Below are positions 26,963-35,512 of a stretch of DNA of 64,000 nt, in pieces. Position numbers and translations under genes: made by a program. The notes below the pieces were generated by a model that was given only the letters and a program-made list of their open reading frames with translations, did not search any database and was not told where the DNA came from. Position 1 is the stretch's first letter; each line of letters begins with the position of its first letter. Source of the stretch: Sediminispirochaeta smaragdinae DSM 11293 (lineage in GTDB: Bacteria; Spirochaetota; Spirochaetia; DSM-16054; Sediminispirochaetaceae); assembly GCF_000143985.1 (NCBI RefSeq), contig NC_014364.1, positions 4,164,582 to 4,228,581 on the forward strand. Reading direction: 5' to 3'.

Positions 26963-27792
26963 CTTTCAAGATTCCGCATGCTGAAAACCGAATCGTTCAC
27001 CGGAGCATCCAGGACCACATCGTGCATAATGAAAAGGGTTCGACTATTCTTACGCAGCAAATCCCGCATCTCAAACTCAACGGGGAATCGACGGTCATGA
27101 ATGACATCCGCGCGGATTAGGGAATACTCCTTCAGCTTCGCACCCGACAAGGCGTAAAATTCGGCATGAAGAAGATCACCGTTTTCTTTGTCGACCCAAA
27201 ACTTTCGCCGAGGATAACTCTCACTCGCTTTCTTGGCAGCTAAGTCGAGCACCCAGGCGGGATGTCCGTCGATGGTATCACTCCCGATGAGGGTCGGATC
27301 GTAACGGTCGGACATCTTATTATTTTCGATGGTATCCTCATAGGAAAGATCAGAGCCCATCATCGACTCCTTCAACAGGTGACCGGAAATCAGCATAACC
27401 TGTTCGCTGTCGGGAGAATAGACATAGAGGCGTCCGCTTCGTTTAAGGTACTTCGTGCCGAGATCTTCCTGATTGACAAATTCGATGAAGCTGTCCGAAT
27501 TTTCCTTTGCCACAGCCTCAAAGCGTTTTTCATAGCGGCGTCCCTGGTATTCGATGATCATCTCGCCGGTATAGGTAATGGTATCGTAGACCTCGTTATC
27601 GTCCACTTGTGCCAATAGCTCGGCGGCGGTAGGTTCGCCCTCCACCACCTCAGGGGATAAGAAGAAAAAAGAAGAGACTGCAGCACATAGCAGCACCACC
27701 GGCACAATCTTGAATCTTCCGTAGCTATTATACTTTTGCACCGTACACTCCTTTGCCCATGATTTTGCTCGGGCATTCTGATAAGGACTCAT
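26959..27792 (-). CDS. LolA-like outer membrane lipoprotein-sorting family protein
   Basis: 277 aa, N-terminal TM/signal, AAELLAQVDDNEVYDTITYTGEMII pattern typical of LolA-like proteins encoded next to FtsX-type permeases. Confidence 0.5.
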   Translation of the reverse strand: MSPYQNARAKSWAKECTVQKYNSYGRFKIVPVVLLCAAVSSFFFLSPEVVEGEPTAAELLAQVDDNEVYDTITYTGEMIIEYQGRRYEKRFEAVAKENSDSFIEFVNQEDLGTKYLKRSGRLYVYSPDSEQVMLISGHLLKESMMGSDLSYEDTIENNKMSDRYDPTLIGSDTIDGHPAWVLDLAAKKASESYPRRKFWVDKENGDLLHAEFYALSGAKLKEYSLIRADVIHDRRFPVEFEMRDLLRKNSRTLFIMHDVVLDAPVNDSVFSMRNLER

Positions 27793-29075
27793 CGCCGAAG
27801 GGCCTCTACCGGTTCAATGAAGGCACTTTTCAACGAAGGAATCAATGTACAAAGGGAAGAGACAAGGATCCCGAAGACAAACCCTTCCATGAGAATTTTC
27901 GGGGAGAAGGTGATAAAAATGGTACCTGAGACGGGAAATTCCTTCATGCCGCCTCCGGTAAAGGTATCCATGTCCAGAGGAAATAGAGAGCCTATCCATG
28001 TCGCTACCCCGCCGAAGAACATGCCGACGGCCGATCCCAAAACGCTCAGAAAGACCGCTTCCAGAAAGAAGACGGTAACGATCTCCCTGCGAGTCATCCC
28101 CAAGGCCCCCATCATACCGATTTCCTTAATACGCTCATGAATGACCATCAGAACGGTGTTGATAATCAGAAAACTGGCGACAATTTGAAAAACAAGAAAG
28201 ACAATGACATACAGAAAAGAGGTTTGCCGCATATAAGCAACCCAGTAGTTATCCCCCCACTCGCGGACCGTTTGCCCCGGCCCTAGAATCTTCGCAACTT
28301 CATCCCGTAAACGGGGAGCGTCATCGGCATTTTCGGCATAGATGAACATCTGTTGGGTAGCCTCCCCCAGAACCAGGATGCGTTGGAGGCGATCAATGGG
28401 GACGAGAATAACATCTTCGTCGAATTTTCGATAATCGAAGGTAAATATTCCTGTTATCACAGGTCGCCAGTATTTATCGGAAAACTGTGCAGACACTGTT
28501 TTCAAAGGTATGGGGTCCCCGATCTTCACCCCGGCCTTCCGTGCAAATTCAAACCCCACGGCGCATTCGTTACTCCCGGCCTTGGGAAAACGGCCTTCAA
28601 TCAAACCATCGTCACGATCGGTCAAATTAAAAACATTTACCGCACGCTCCCGCTGTATATCAACACCCCAAAGCAAGGCGTGTTTTACCGTACTGTCGAA
28701 AAGCGAGGCATACGTGGTAATTCTCGGCAAGGCTGCCTTTACACCGGGAAGAGCCTCGATCTCGGCAGAGAGTTCGGTGGCACTCTTCCCGTCGACAATG
28801 GGATACTGAACCGGATAGTATTCCCGTTCCTCTTCAAACAGGTTGCTAACTACATTGACATGGCCTGTTTCATAGGTCCTTACAGCCTCCTCTATCCCCT
28901 CTATCATCCCGGAAATCCAGGCCTGCATGAAAATATTAAAAAAGACGGCAACGGCGACGGCGATAATACAAAGGATTGTCCTTCTACCGTTTCGCCAAAT
29001 ATTACGATACGCTATGGTCGATAGGGTGAGAAGATCACCCTGCCCCCGCCGCTGTTTATCCATGACCTTAACCAT
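27789..29075 (-). CDS. ABC transporter permease, FtsX-like (MacB/LolE type)
   Basis: 428 aa; N-terminal TM, large periplasmic domain, C-terminal FtsX 3-TM bundle (VIVFLVFQIVASFLIINTVLMVIHERIKEIGMMGALGMTRREI). Confidence 0.8.
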   Translation of the reverse strand: MVKVMDKQRRGQGDLLTLSTIAYRNIWRNGRRTILCIIAVAVAVFFNIFMQAWISGMIEGIEEAVRTYETGHVNVVSNLFEEEREYYPVQYPIVDGKSATELSAEIEALPGVKAALPRITTYASLFDSTVKHALLWGVDIQRERAVNVFNLTDRDDGLIEGRFPKAGSNECAVGFEFARKAGVKIGDPIPLKTVSAQFSDKYWRPVITGIFTFDYRKFDEDVILVPIDRLQRILVLGEATQQMFIYAENADDAPRLRDEVAKILGPGQTVREWGDNYWVAYMRQTSFLYVIVFLVFQIVASFLIINTVLMVIHERIKEIGMMGALGMTRREIVTVFFLEAVFLSVLGSAVGMFFGGVATWIGSLFPLDMDTFTGGGMKEFPVSGTIFITFSPKILMEGFVFGILVSSLCTLIPSLKSAFIEPVEALRR

Positions 29076-29086
29076 TATCTACTTCC

Positions 29087-30781
29087 TCACTCAAAACGAA
29101 GGCTTTCGGTGACGGGCATCCGCAGAGCCCTGAAGGTGGGAGGCAAGGCCATAAGGGCGGAAAGAAGCGTTGCTATAAAAGCGGTACCCACAATCACCTT
29201 GGGGTTCCATGCCGACCGAAACTGCGAGGTAATACGATATCCAAAATCACCACCCATCTGCTTTGCAAGGGAAGAAAAATCGATACCGGTATGTACCATG
29301 GGAATATTGATCAGGCAGCCCAAGAGCACACCCACCGAGGCGCCGATAAGGCCGACAAGGCCAGCCTCCAACACATAAGAGAAAAGGAGCTGACCGTCGG
29401 TCATCCCGAGGGCCCGCATCATACCAATCTCTTTTGTCCGTTCAAGCACCGCCATCAGCATGGTATTTGCAATGCCGATAAACGAGAGAAGAAAGAGAAA
29501 AAGCGCCATGATGCGGGTAGAGACATGGTCTCCGGCGGAAGCCGCAAAATAATCGGCGGAATAATCTTCCCACCCCTTGACGACAAGCTCGGAAGGAAAC
29601 CGTTTCCCCTCTTCGGCAAGCGAGGCTGCAAGGGCTGACGTAATCGTATCTGGACTCTCAAAGCTTCCAGGAAGAACGAAATCCCTTGCATTCGAGGCCC
29701 GGATTAAGAGCTCGGTCACGGCGCCGTCCAACATGAGTCCGCCTGTTCCCTGAAGGGCATCGAGGGGGATATATGCTATATTTCCGTTTGTCTTCGGATT
29801 CGGTGAATTGATAATGCCGACGACCACCGCATCAATGAGCTGATTTACATGGCGGATGGCACCGGAATAGTCGGCTGCAGTCATCGCCTTTAGGACCCGG
29901 TCAAGAAGATCGCTATCGTCCGTGGAAAGAAGATAATCACCAACGAAGGGATCCCGTGTATAGGCCGATTGTATCAACTGACGGTCCTCAGCCGTAAGGG
30001 ACGGCAGCAAATCCTCCTCAAAACGCTCCTCACGAATTTTTTCGGGAGCGGCAATCATGTCGATAACCGTCGATATCCGTACATCCATCCGCCCCGAAGC
30101 ATACAGGATATCCCATAGGTGATTGATCTCCTCTTGTGTTACATCGTCGCGAAGGGCCATACGAGCCTCTCCGGACTCAAAGCGTTCGGTATAGAGCCCC
30201 TGAACAAAGATCCGCTCTTCTTCATCCCGGGCGGCAGCAAGCACCTCATCCTCCCAAATATTCTTCGAAGGGCGCCGAGGAATACCTACATGTAATTTTT
30301 CCGCAGCCATTGTCCCGAGAGCAATTTCGAAGCTTCCGGAGCGAGGGAAACGGCCGGCATCTACAAAATCGGTGTAGCGCAAAAGCCTGTCTTCTCGTTT
30401 GGGATCCATGGCGTTAAAGAGGATGGGAGCGGAACCGGTACGGGAGTAGAGGGTACCTGAGAATACGAAACGGGGGGCCGCGTCATAGCCCGAGCGCTCC
30501 AGGGCCGAGGCTATGCTTTGCCAGCCGGTAAAACTTTCGTACATGGGAAGTTCATCTTTCTTGTCGAAATAGGTCTTGGTCTGGATCTTTGCCGCCCCCA
30601 TCTCATAGGAGACGATATTCCGACGTGAATCGAGGTTCATCCCAAGCAGCCATCCATCCATGAAAATATAGAGTGCGACACTTACTGCCACGGCAAGGGC
30701 GGTAATAACCGTTTTGACCCGATGCCGTGCAAGATTCCGTAATGCCATCGAGGCAACGGTTCCCGAGATGGAAAACCTCAT
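29087..30781 (-). CDS. ABC transporter permease, FtsX-like with extended periplasmic domain
   Basis: 564 aa; C-terminal FtsX motif (LLSFIGIANTMLMAVLERTKEIGMMRALGMTDGQL). Confidence 0.8.
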   Translation of the reverse strand: MRFSISGTVASMALRNLARHRVKTVITALAVAVSVALYIFMDGWLLGMNLDSRRNIVSYEMGAAKIQTKTYFDKKDELPMYESFTGWQSIASALERSGYDAAPRFVFSGTLYSRTGSAPILFNAMDPKREDRLLRYTDFVDAGRFPRSGSFEIALGTMAAEKLHVGIPRRPSKNIWEDEVLAAARDEEERIFVQGLYTERFESGEARMALRDDVTQEEINHLWDILYASGRMDVRISTVIDMIAAPEKIREERFEEDLLPSLTAEDRQLIQSAYTRDPFVGDYLLSTDDSDLLDRVLKAMTAADYSGAIRHVNQLIDAVVVGIINSPNPKTNGNIAYIPLDALQGTGGLMLDGAVTELLIRASNARDFVLPGSFESPDTITSALAASLAEEGKRFPSELVVKGWEDYSADYFAASAGDHVSTRIMALFLFLLSFIGIANTMLMAVLERTKEIGMMRALGMTDGQLLFSYVLEAGLVGLIGASVGVLLGCLINIPMVHTGIDFSSLAKQMGGDFGYRITSQFRSAWNPKVIVGTAFIATLLSALMALPPTFRALRMPVTESLRFE

Positions 30782-31461
30782 CGTCGACTCTCCGATTCAA
30801 CCATCCCGTCACGAAGCATTATCAAACGACGGGCAAACTCCATTACCATGGGATCGTGTGTGGAAAAGATAAAAGTCGTTCCTTCTTTCTCATTCAACGC
30901 AAGCATAAGATCGAGGATAGCCCTGCCTGTGGTCGAATCGAGATTAGCGGTGGGTTCATCAGCGAGGATAAGAGACGGCTTTTTCACCAGCGCACGGGCA
31001 ATCGCCACCCGTTGCTGCTGACCGCCGGACATCTCCTTAGGCCGACGATGTTCCATACCTCCCAGACCGACCTCTTCCAAAGCCCGAAGCGACTGCTGCC
31101 GGGCCTCCTTCTTTTCTATTCCAAGCAGTACCAACGGAAGAGAAACATTCTCAAGAGCGGAAAGAACCGGTATCAGATTATAGGCCTGGAAGATGAACCC
31201 GATTTTTTGCCGTCGCAAGAGTGCCGATTGGTTACGGGAGAGTGAGGCAACCTCACGTTCATCGACGGAAAGAGAGCCGGCCGTGGGGGTGTCGAGACAA
31301 CCGACGAGGTGCAGGAAGGTGGACTTACCGCTTCCGGAAGGGCCTGCAACAGCGGCAAAGGCCCCAGCCTCAAAGCTTAGGCTTACACCTCGGAGGGCAT
31401 GTATCTTCAAATCGTTCAGTTCGTAATCTTTATAGAGCGCAATGGTGTCAACTACGCCCAT
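30778..31461 (-). CDS. ABC transporter ATP-binding protein (MacB/LolD type)
   Basis: 227 aa; Walker A GPSGSGKST, signature MSGGQQQRVAIARAL, Walker B ILADEPTANLD. Confidence 0.9.
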   Translation of the reverse strand: MGVVDTIALYKDYELNDLKIHALRGVSLSFEAGAFAAVAGPSGSGKSTFLHLVGCLDTPTAGSLSVDEREVASLSRNQSALLRRQKIGFIFQAYNLIPVLSALENVSLPLVLLGIEKKEARQQSLRALEEVGLGGMEHRRPKEMSGGQQQRVAIARALVKKPSLILADEPTANLDSTTGRAILDLMLALNEKEGTTFIFSTHDPMVMEFARRLIMLRDGMVESESRR

Positions 31462-32554
31462 TCGTATCCTCCTTCTCTGCAGCGTTGCGTCTGATTTCGT
31501 TCAACGCCTGCAGGCCAAAGACATCTTTTGATTTCAATTCTTCGGCAATCGAATTGGGTACCAGCATCATAGAATTGCCGGCCTTTAGTCCCTCATTCAG
31601 GACGGAAAAGCTCTTGAGCAGCAAAGCGGTATCATGAGCATCGTAAATTTCGGCGGCTTCTTCAAGTTTCCGGGCGATCTCGATCTCAGCCTCAGCAAGG
31701 AGTACCCGCCCCTTCTTTTCCCTCTCCATCTGAGCCTGATGGCTCAGGGAGTCCTGTAACTTTTCAGGAATCTGCACATCCGTTATTTCGATATGCTGAA
31801 CGGTAATCCCCCATTCGGTGGTTTTTTTGTCAACCTCCTCCCTAATATGCTCCTCTATCACATCACCACGCTCAAGAAAGGTCGACAAGGTATTTTTACT
31901 GACAGCACTTCTGAGGGCCGTTTTCGAAGATAGGATGACGGCATCTTCGTAATCCTGAACTTCGCAGACCGCTTTTTCGGAATCCCACACCAGCCAAAAA
32001 CAGATGGCATCTACCGTCACAGTCACCGAATCTAGGGTCAGCGTCGTTTCTGCGGTAAAATCAGTTACCCTAATCCTTAGATCCACCACCTTTGCAACCC
32101 GTTCGGCAAAGGGCATTAAAAGGAAAAGCCCGGGCCCTTTCACCCGGTGAAATTTCCCGAAACGAAGAATGATGGCACGTTCCCATTCCGCCATCTTCTG
32201 TACAGAGGGGGCAAGCAAGGCCCCGGCCGCTGCAAAAACTATGGCGTATGGAGCTCCACTGATCCTCCATGCAAGCAGAATGGCAATGAAAATAATCAGA
32301 AGCTTCACAGCCGACGTCCATCGAGGGAAAAGGGCCATGATCACCATGGCCAGTATTGGAGTCGTGCACAGAACAACATACTCTATGAGGGAAGGAGCAG
32401 CCCCTGTCCCCAACCTGATAGCCATACCGACACCAAAGAAAACCGCTAAGAGGCCAAGACCAACTACATTCAATGAAAAATCTCTTTGCCGTTCGGGAAC
32501 CTTTGTATTCTTGATCGGCGTTTTCATTTTGCTATGCTTATGGAACAGGTTCAT
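31448..32554 (-). CDS. SPFH/band-7 (stomatin-like) domain membrane protein
   Basis: N-terminal TM region, then SPFH core (RAIILRFGKFHRVKGPGLFLLMPF...VKDVQIPEKLQ) and a coiled-coil tail. Confidence 0.8.
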   Translation of the reverse strand: MNLFHKHSKMKTPIKNTKVPERQRDFSLNVVGLGLLAVFFGVGMAIRLGTGAAPSLIEYVVLCTTPILAMVIMALFPRWTSAVKLLIIFIAILLAWRISGAPYAIVFAAAGALLAPSVQKMAEWERAIILRFGKFHRVKGPGLFLLMPFAERVAKVVDLRIRVTDFTAETTLTLDSVTVTVDAICFWLVWDSEKAVCEVQDYEDAVILSSKTALRSAVSKNTLSTFLERGDVIEEHIREEVDKKTTEWGITVQHIEITDVQIPEKLQDSLSHQAQMEREKKGRVLLAEAEIEIARKLEEAAEIYDAHDTALLLKSFSVLNEGLKAGNSMMLVPNSIAEELKSKDVFGLQALNEIRRNAAEKEDTNGRS

Positions 32555-32952
32555 GCTTCCTCCTTGAAATTCTTAACAAGATCGATGACTTCAGAACGTT
32601 CGACACCGAGATCGCGCATGTCTCGAAGAAAGCGGGCGAGGGTTTCGCTGATTCTGAGATTCCGCTCGTCGTCCACCTCCGAAGGAGGCTGATCCGAAAC
32701 AAAGGTACCGTTTCCCACCTGGGTTGTAACGATTCCCCGTATTTCCAGCTCTCCATAGGCTCTTGCAATGGTGTTCGGATTTATCTTGAGGTCTATCGCC
32801 AGGGCCCTGATGGTCGGTAGTCTATCTCCGGGGAGAAGCCTTTGCCCAAGAATCGCATGCTCGATCTGCTGGATGATCTGGCGATAAAAGGGGACTCCCC
32901 GAGCAGGATCAAGTGATATAACAACTCCTCGCGCTTTCATTGTACTATTCAT
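32551..32952 (-). CDS. GntR family transcriptional regulator (YtrA subfamily, short)
   Basis: VPFYRQIIQQIEHAILGQRLLPGDRLPTIRALAIDLKINPNTIARAYGELEIRGIVTTQVGNGTFV winged helix with a short C-terminal dimerisation region. The first M of the track ORF is TTG; the ATG at 32952 is used. Confidence 0.8.
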   Translation of the reverse strand: MNSTMKARGVVISLDPARGVPFYRQIIQQIEHAILGQRLLPGDRLPTIRALAIDLKINPNTIARAYGELEIRGIVTTQVGNGTFVSDQPPSEVDDERNLRISETLARFLRDMRDLGVERSEVIDLVKNFKEEA

Positions 32953-32990
32953 ATAATACAATATTAATTGTACTAATACAATAAGTCAAT
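32953..32990. promoter_or_regulatory. Cluster of TACAAT/ATTGTA and TGTACTA repeats (GT-N-AC type), candidate YtrA-type GntR operator
   Basis: ataaTACAATattaATTGTActaaTACAATaagt directly upstream of the GntR start, in the region shared with the divergent histidine kinase gene. Confidence 0.3.
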
Positions 32991-33053
32991 ATTATCCACC
33001 CAAATTTCTTCTTTTTTGACAAATGTGTTGGCCTACACTACATTACCAAATAG

Positions 33054-34079
33054 ATGAAACATTCAGACCAGGGCGATAGTATCGATCCTCTTAGTCGGCT
33101 TTCAACTGAGGATTTGTCGCGCTTTCCATCAGAGAATCCCAATCCCGTCCTGAGAATCGATTCATCAGGTATGCTTATTTATGCAAACAATGCAAGCAGA
33201 ATCTTGCTCGACGAATGGAAACTTGAATTCGATCAGCCAGCTCCGCTACTTTTACGAGAAGCGGCACTATCGTCACTCAGAGAGGCGCGGAGCATGGAGA
33301 TTGATGTTCCCCATAAAACACGGGTCTACGCCTTCTCCATTGCCCCCATCGTCGAATCGGGATATGCGAATCTATATGGTCGTGATATCACCAAAAGAGT
33401 CAGGACGGAAGAGAGTATCCGCCAGGCACTTCTCGAACGAGAGACACTTATACGGGAGTTGTATCACCGAACAAAGAACAACATGAACATCATCAGTTCG
33501 ATGATCTCCCTCAGCGCATCCTATTCCGAGGATGAAAATCTCATGCGGTTATCACAGGAGATAGAAAATAAAATCACATCAATGTCGCTCGTGCACCAAA
33601 TGCTTTACGAATCAAAAAACCTTTCCAGTATTGATCTTGATGGCTATATCCAAAAACTCGCACGGCTCTTATTGAAAAGCTACCAAAACGGCGAAAACAC
33701 AATCGTAATGAGTTTCGATCTCGTCCACATCGCCGTGCCTATTGACCTGGCAATTCCGTGTGGGCTCGTACTAAACGAGTTATTTACGAACTCACTGAAG
33801 CATGCCTTTCCGAAAGGGGAAAAGGGAACTATAGCAATTTCTCTCTCATTTTTAGAGGCCGAGAACGAAATCGAACTCATGTACTCCGACGACGGTATCG
33901 GCCTTCCGCACAACTATGATGTTCGGTCGCAATCGACCCTCGGGATGCAGACAATCTTCCTCATTATCGAACATCAGCTGGGAGGAACGATAGCATTCGA
34001 TAAGCGTGGTGAGAGAGGGCTCAGATGCTCGATTCGCTTCAAGCGTATCATCCATCCGACATTGGAGGATCTACGATGA
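33054..34079 (+). CDS. Sensor histidine kinase, HisKA_2/HWE-type with N-terminal sensory domain
   Basis: H-box ELYHRTKNNMNIISSMISL (HisKA_2) and a HATPase_c region (LNELFTNSLKHAF...DDGIGLP). Cytoplasmic, no TM helices. Confidence 0.8.
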   Translation: MKHSDQGDSIDPLSRLSTEDLSRFPSENPNPVLRIDSSGMLIYANNASRILLDEWKLEFDQPAPLLLREAALSSLREARSMEIDVPHKTRVYAFSIAPIVESGYANLYGRDITKRVRTEESIRQALLERETLIRELYHRTKNNMNIISSMISLSASYSEDENLMRLSQEIENKITSMSLVHQMLYESKNLSSIDLDGYIQKLARLLLKSYQNGENTIVMSFDLVHIAVPIDLAIPCGLVLNELFTNSLKHAFPKGEKGTIAISLSFLEAENEIELMYSDDGIGLPHNYDVRSQSTLGMQTIFLIIEHQLGGTIAFDKRGERGLRCSIRFKRIIHPTLEDLR

Positions 34080-34453
34080 ACAGTGAAAACATGATTCTTT
34101 TGGTCGAAGACGAAGCCATGATAGCCATGAACCTTACAATGAAGCTTCGAAATGCCGGTTATCCGATCAGCAAAATCTTTGCATCCGGGGAGGATGTTGT
34201 TCGCTTTGCAGAAAACCGAAACCCCGATTTGGTCCTTATGGATGGAAGATTGGCAGGAGAAATCGACGGTGTAGAAGCGATGCGACGCCTAAGGAAAATA
34301 CACAAAAATCTCCCGATTATTTTTATCACCGGCTATACAAATGAATCTTTCATCGAAAAAGCACATGAGTTATCCCCTGTAGCCTGTATGACAAAACCGG
34401 TAAACATCAATCAGCTGATAGGCCATATCAAGTCCGTCATCTATCGCCAATAA
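34076..34453 (+). CDS. Single-domain response regulator (CheY-like receiver)
   Basis: Start moved to the ATG at 34076 (MNSENMILLVEDE), preceded by GGAGGA, overlapping the kinase stop as ATGA. Phospho-acceptor context LVLMDGRLAG; K-site MTKP. Confidence 0.85.
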   Translation: MNSENMILLVEDEAMIAMNLTMKLRNAGYPISKIFASGEDVVRFAENRNPDLVLMDGRLAGEIDGVEAMRRLRKIHKNLPIIFITGYTNESFIEKAHELSPVACMTKPVNINQLIGHIKSVIYRQ

Positions 34454-34512
34454 GGAGCAAAGAGTCTATCGCTCGAAAGGCTCCTTGCCCCCCAAAAGGA
34501 AAATCGCACGGT

Positions 34513-35085
34513 CTATTGAATGGCGATCTCCGAGAATGGGCGCTGCAGCCAAGGCGAAGAAGCATCAACCGTTTTTATATATTCACGAGTGGCAGTTTCC
34601 CCTTTTGAATGGTTCCTTTCGAAATGGACTTCAAAGTTCCAGAAAGTCGAGTGCCTTTCATGCGTCGCTATCTCAGGCTGATTATACACGAGCTTAAAAT
34701 CACCCAAATAACTGATACACCCCGGCTGCACCTGAAATGGGACCTCTATTTCCGGTTCCACTATCGTAAAGGTGTGCTCCCGGTCTTTTATCTCGGCTTT
34801 AACCGATTCCAACGCTATAAGGGTCTCTCCTGGGACCACAAGATGAAACATCCCGTTTATCGTTCTTACGGTAAAACGAGAATTATCGGTTTGGTTTACA
34901 AAAGATAATATAAGGCCGTGAGAAATTGTCTTAGGGCCACGATTGAAAAAGCCGTCAGGAAAATCAAGAGCAAAGCTCCCGACAACCAAAGAGTCGTTAC
35001 TACTTTCGGGATTAGGCAACGTAGCGCAGCCTACCAAAATGACAAGCACACCCAAAATCAACGCAAGAGTTACTGATTTCTTCAT
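34513..35085 (-). CDS. Hypothetical lipoprotein
   Basis: 190 aa, lipobox ILVGC after MKKSVTLALILGVLV. Confidence 0.5.
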   Translation of the reverse strand: MKKSVTLALILGVLVILVGCATLPNPESSNDSLVVGSFALDFPDGFFNRGPKTISHGLILSFVNQTDNSRFTVRTINGMFHLVVPGETLIALESVKAEIKDREHTFTIVEPEIEVPFQVQPGCISYLGDFKLVYNQPEIATHERHSTFWNFEVHFERNHSKGETATREYIKTVDASSPWLQRPFSEIAIQ

Positions 35086-35122
35086 TTACTTCTCCTCTTT
35101 ATTTATGAAACAGGGAACAAAG

Positions 35123-35512
35123 CTATTGAACTATCTCCACATCATCCAGGACCCTTCGATCATTCAGCCGTTTCCCATTTGCCAAAACAATTTTCTCCCT
35201 ATGCACGACGGCTCGTACTGTGACAATTTCTTGCTCATGCCCTGATAAGGCAGGGCGAGAATCCTGATTGATATACCAGTCATTACCTTCGTTGTCGGTT
35301 ATAACTAATTCAGAAAAAGGAACATTGCCAACTAAGCGGACTTTTCCGGTGACGCGAATTTCCATTCCCGTCTGTACATTTTTCCAATTCATAGGCGGCA
35401 GGGACCGCTCCTCCGTTTGTGATGTTTCCGCATCCCCCAGTGCTGCGGCCGAAACCGCAGTACAGAGAGATACAATTATCAAAACTGTTACTCGTTGCCA
35501 AAACCGCCTCAT
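35123..35512 (-). CDS. Small secreted protein, possible OB-fold (BOF/YgiW-like)
   Basis: 129 aa with signal peptide and a beta-rich pattern (EIRVTGKVRLVG...ELVITDNEGNDWYI...VTVRAVV). Confidence 0.35.
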   Translation of the reverse strand: MRRFWQRVTVLIIVSLCTAVSAAALGDAETSQTEERSLPPMNWKNVQTGMEIRVTGKVRLVGNVPFSELVITDNEGNDWYINQDSRPALSGHEQEIVTVRAVVHREKIVLANGKRLNDRRVLDDVEIVQ

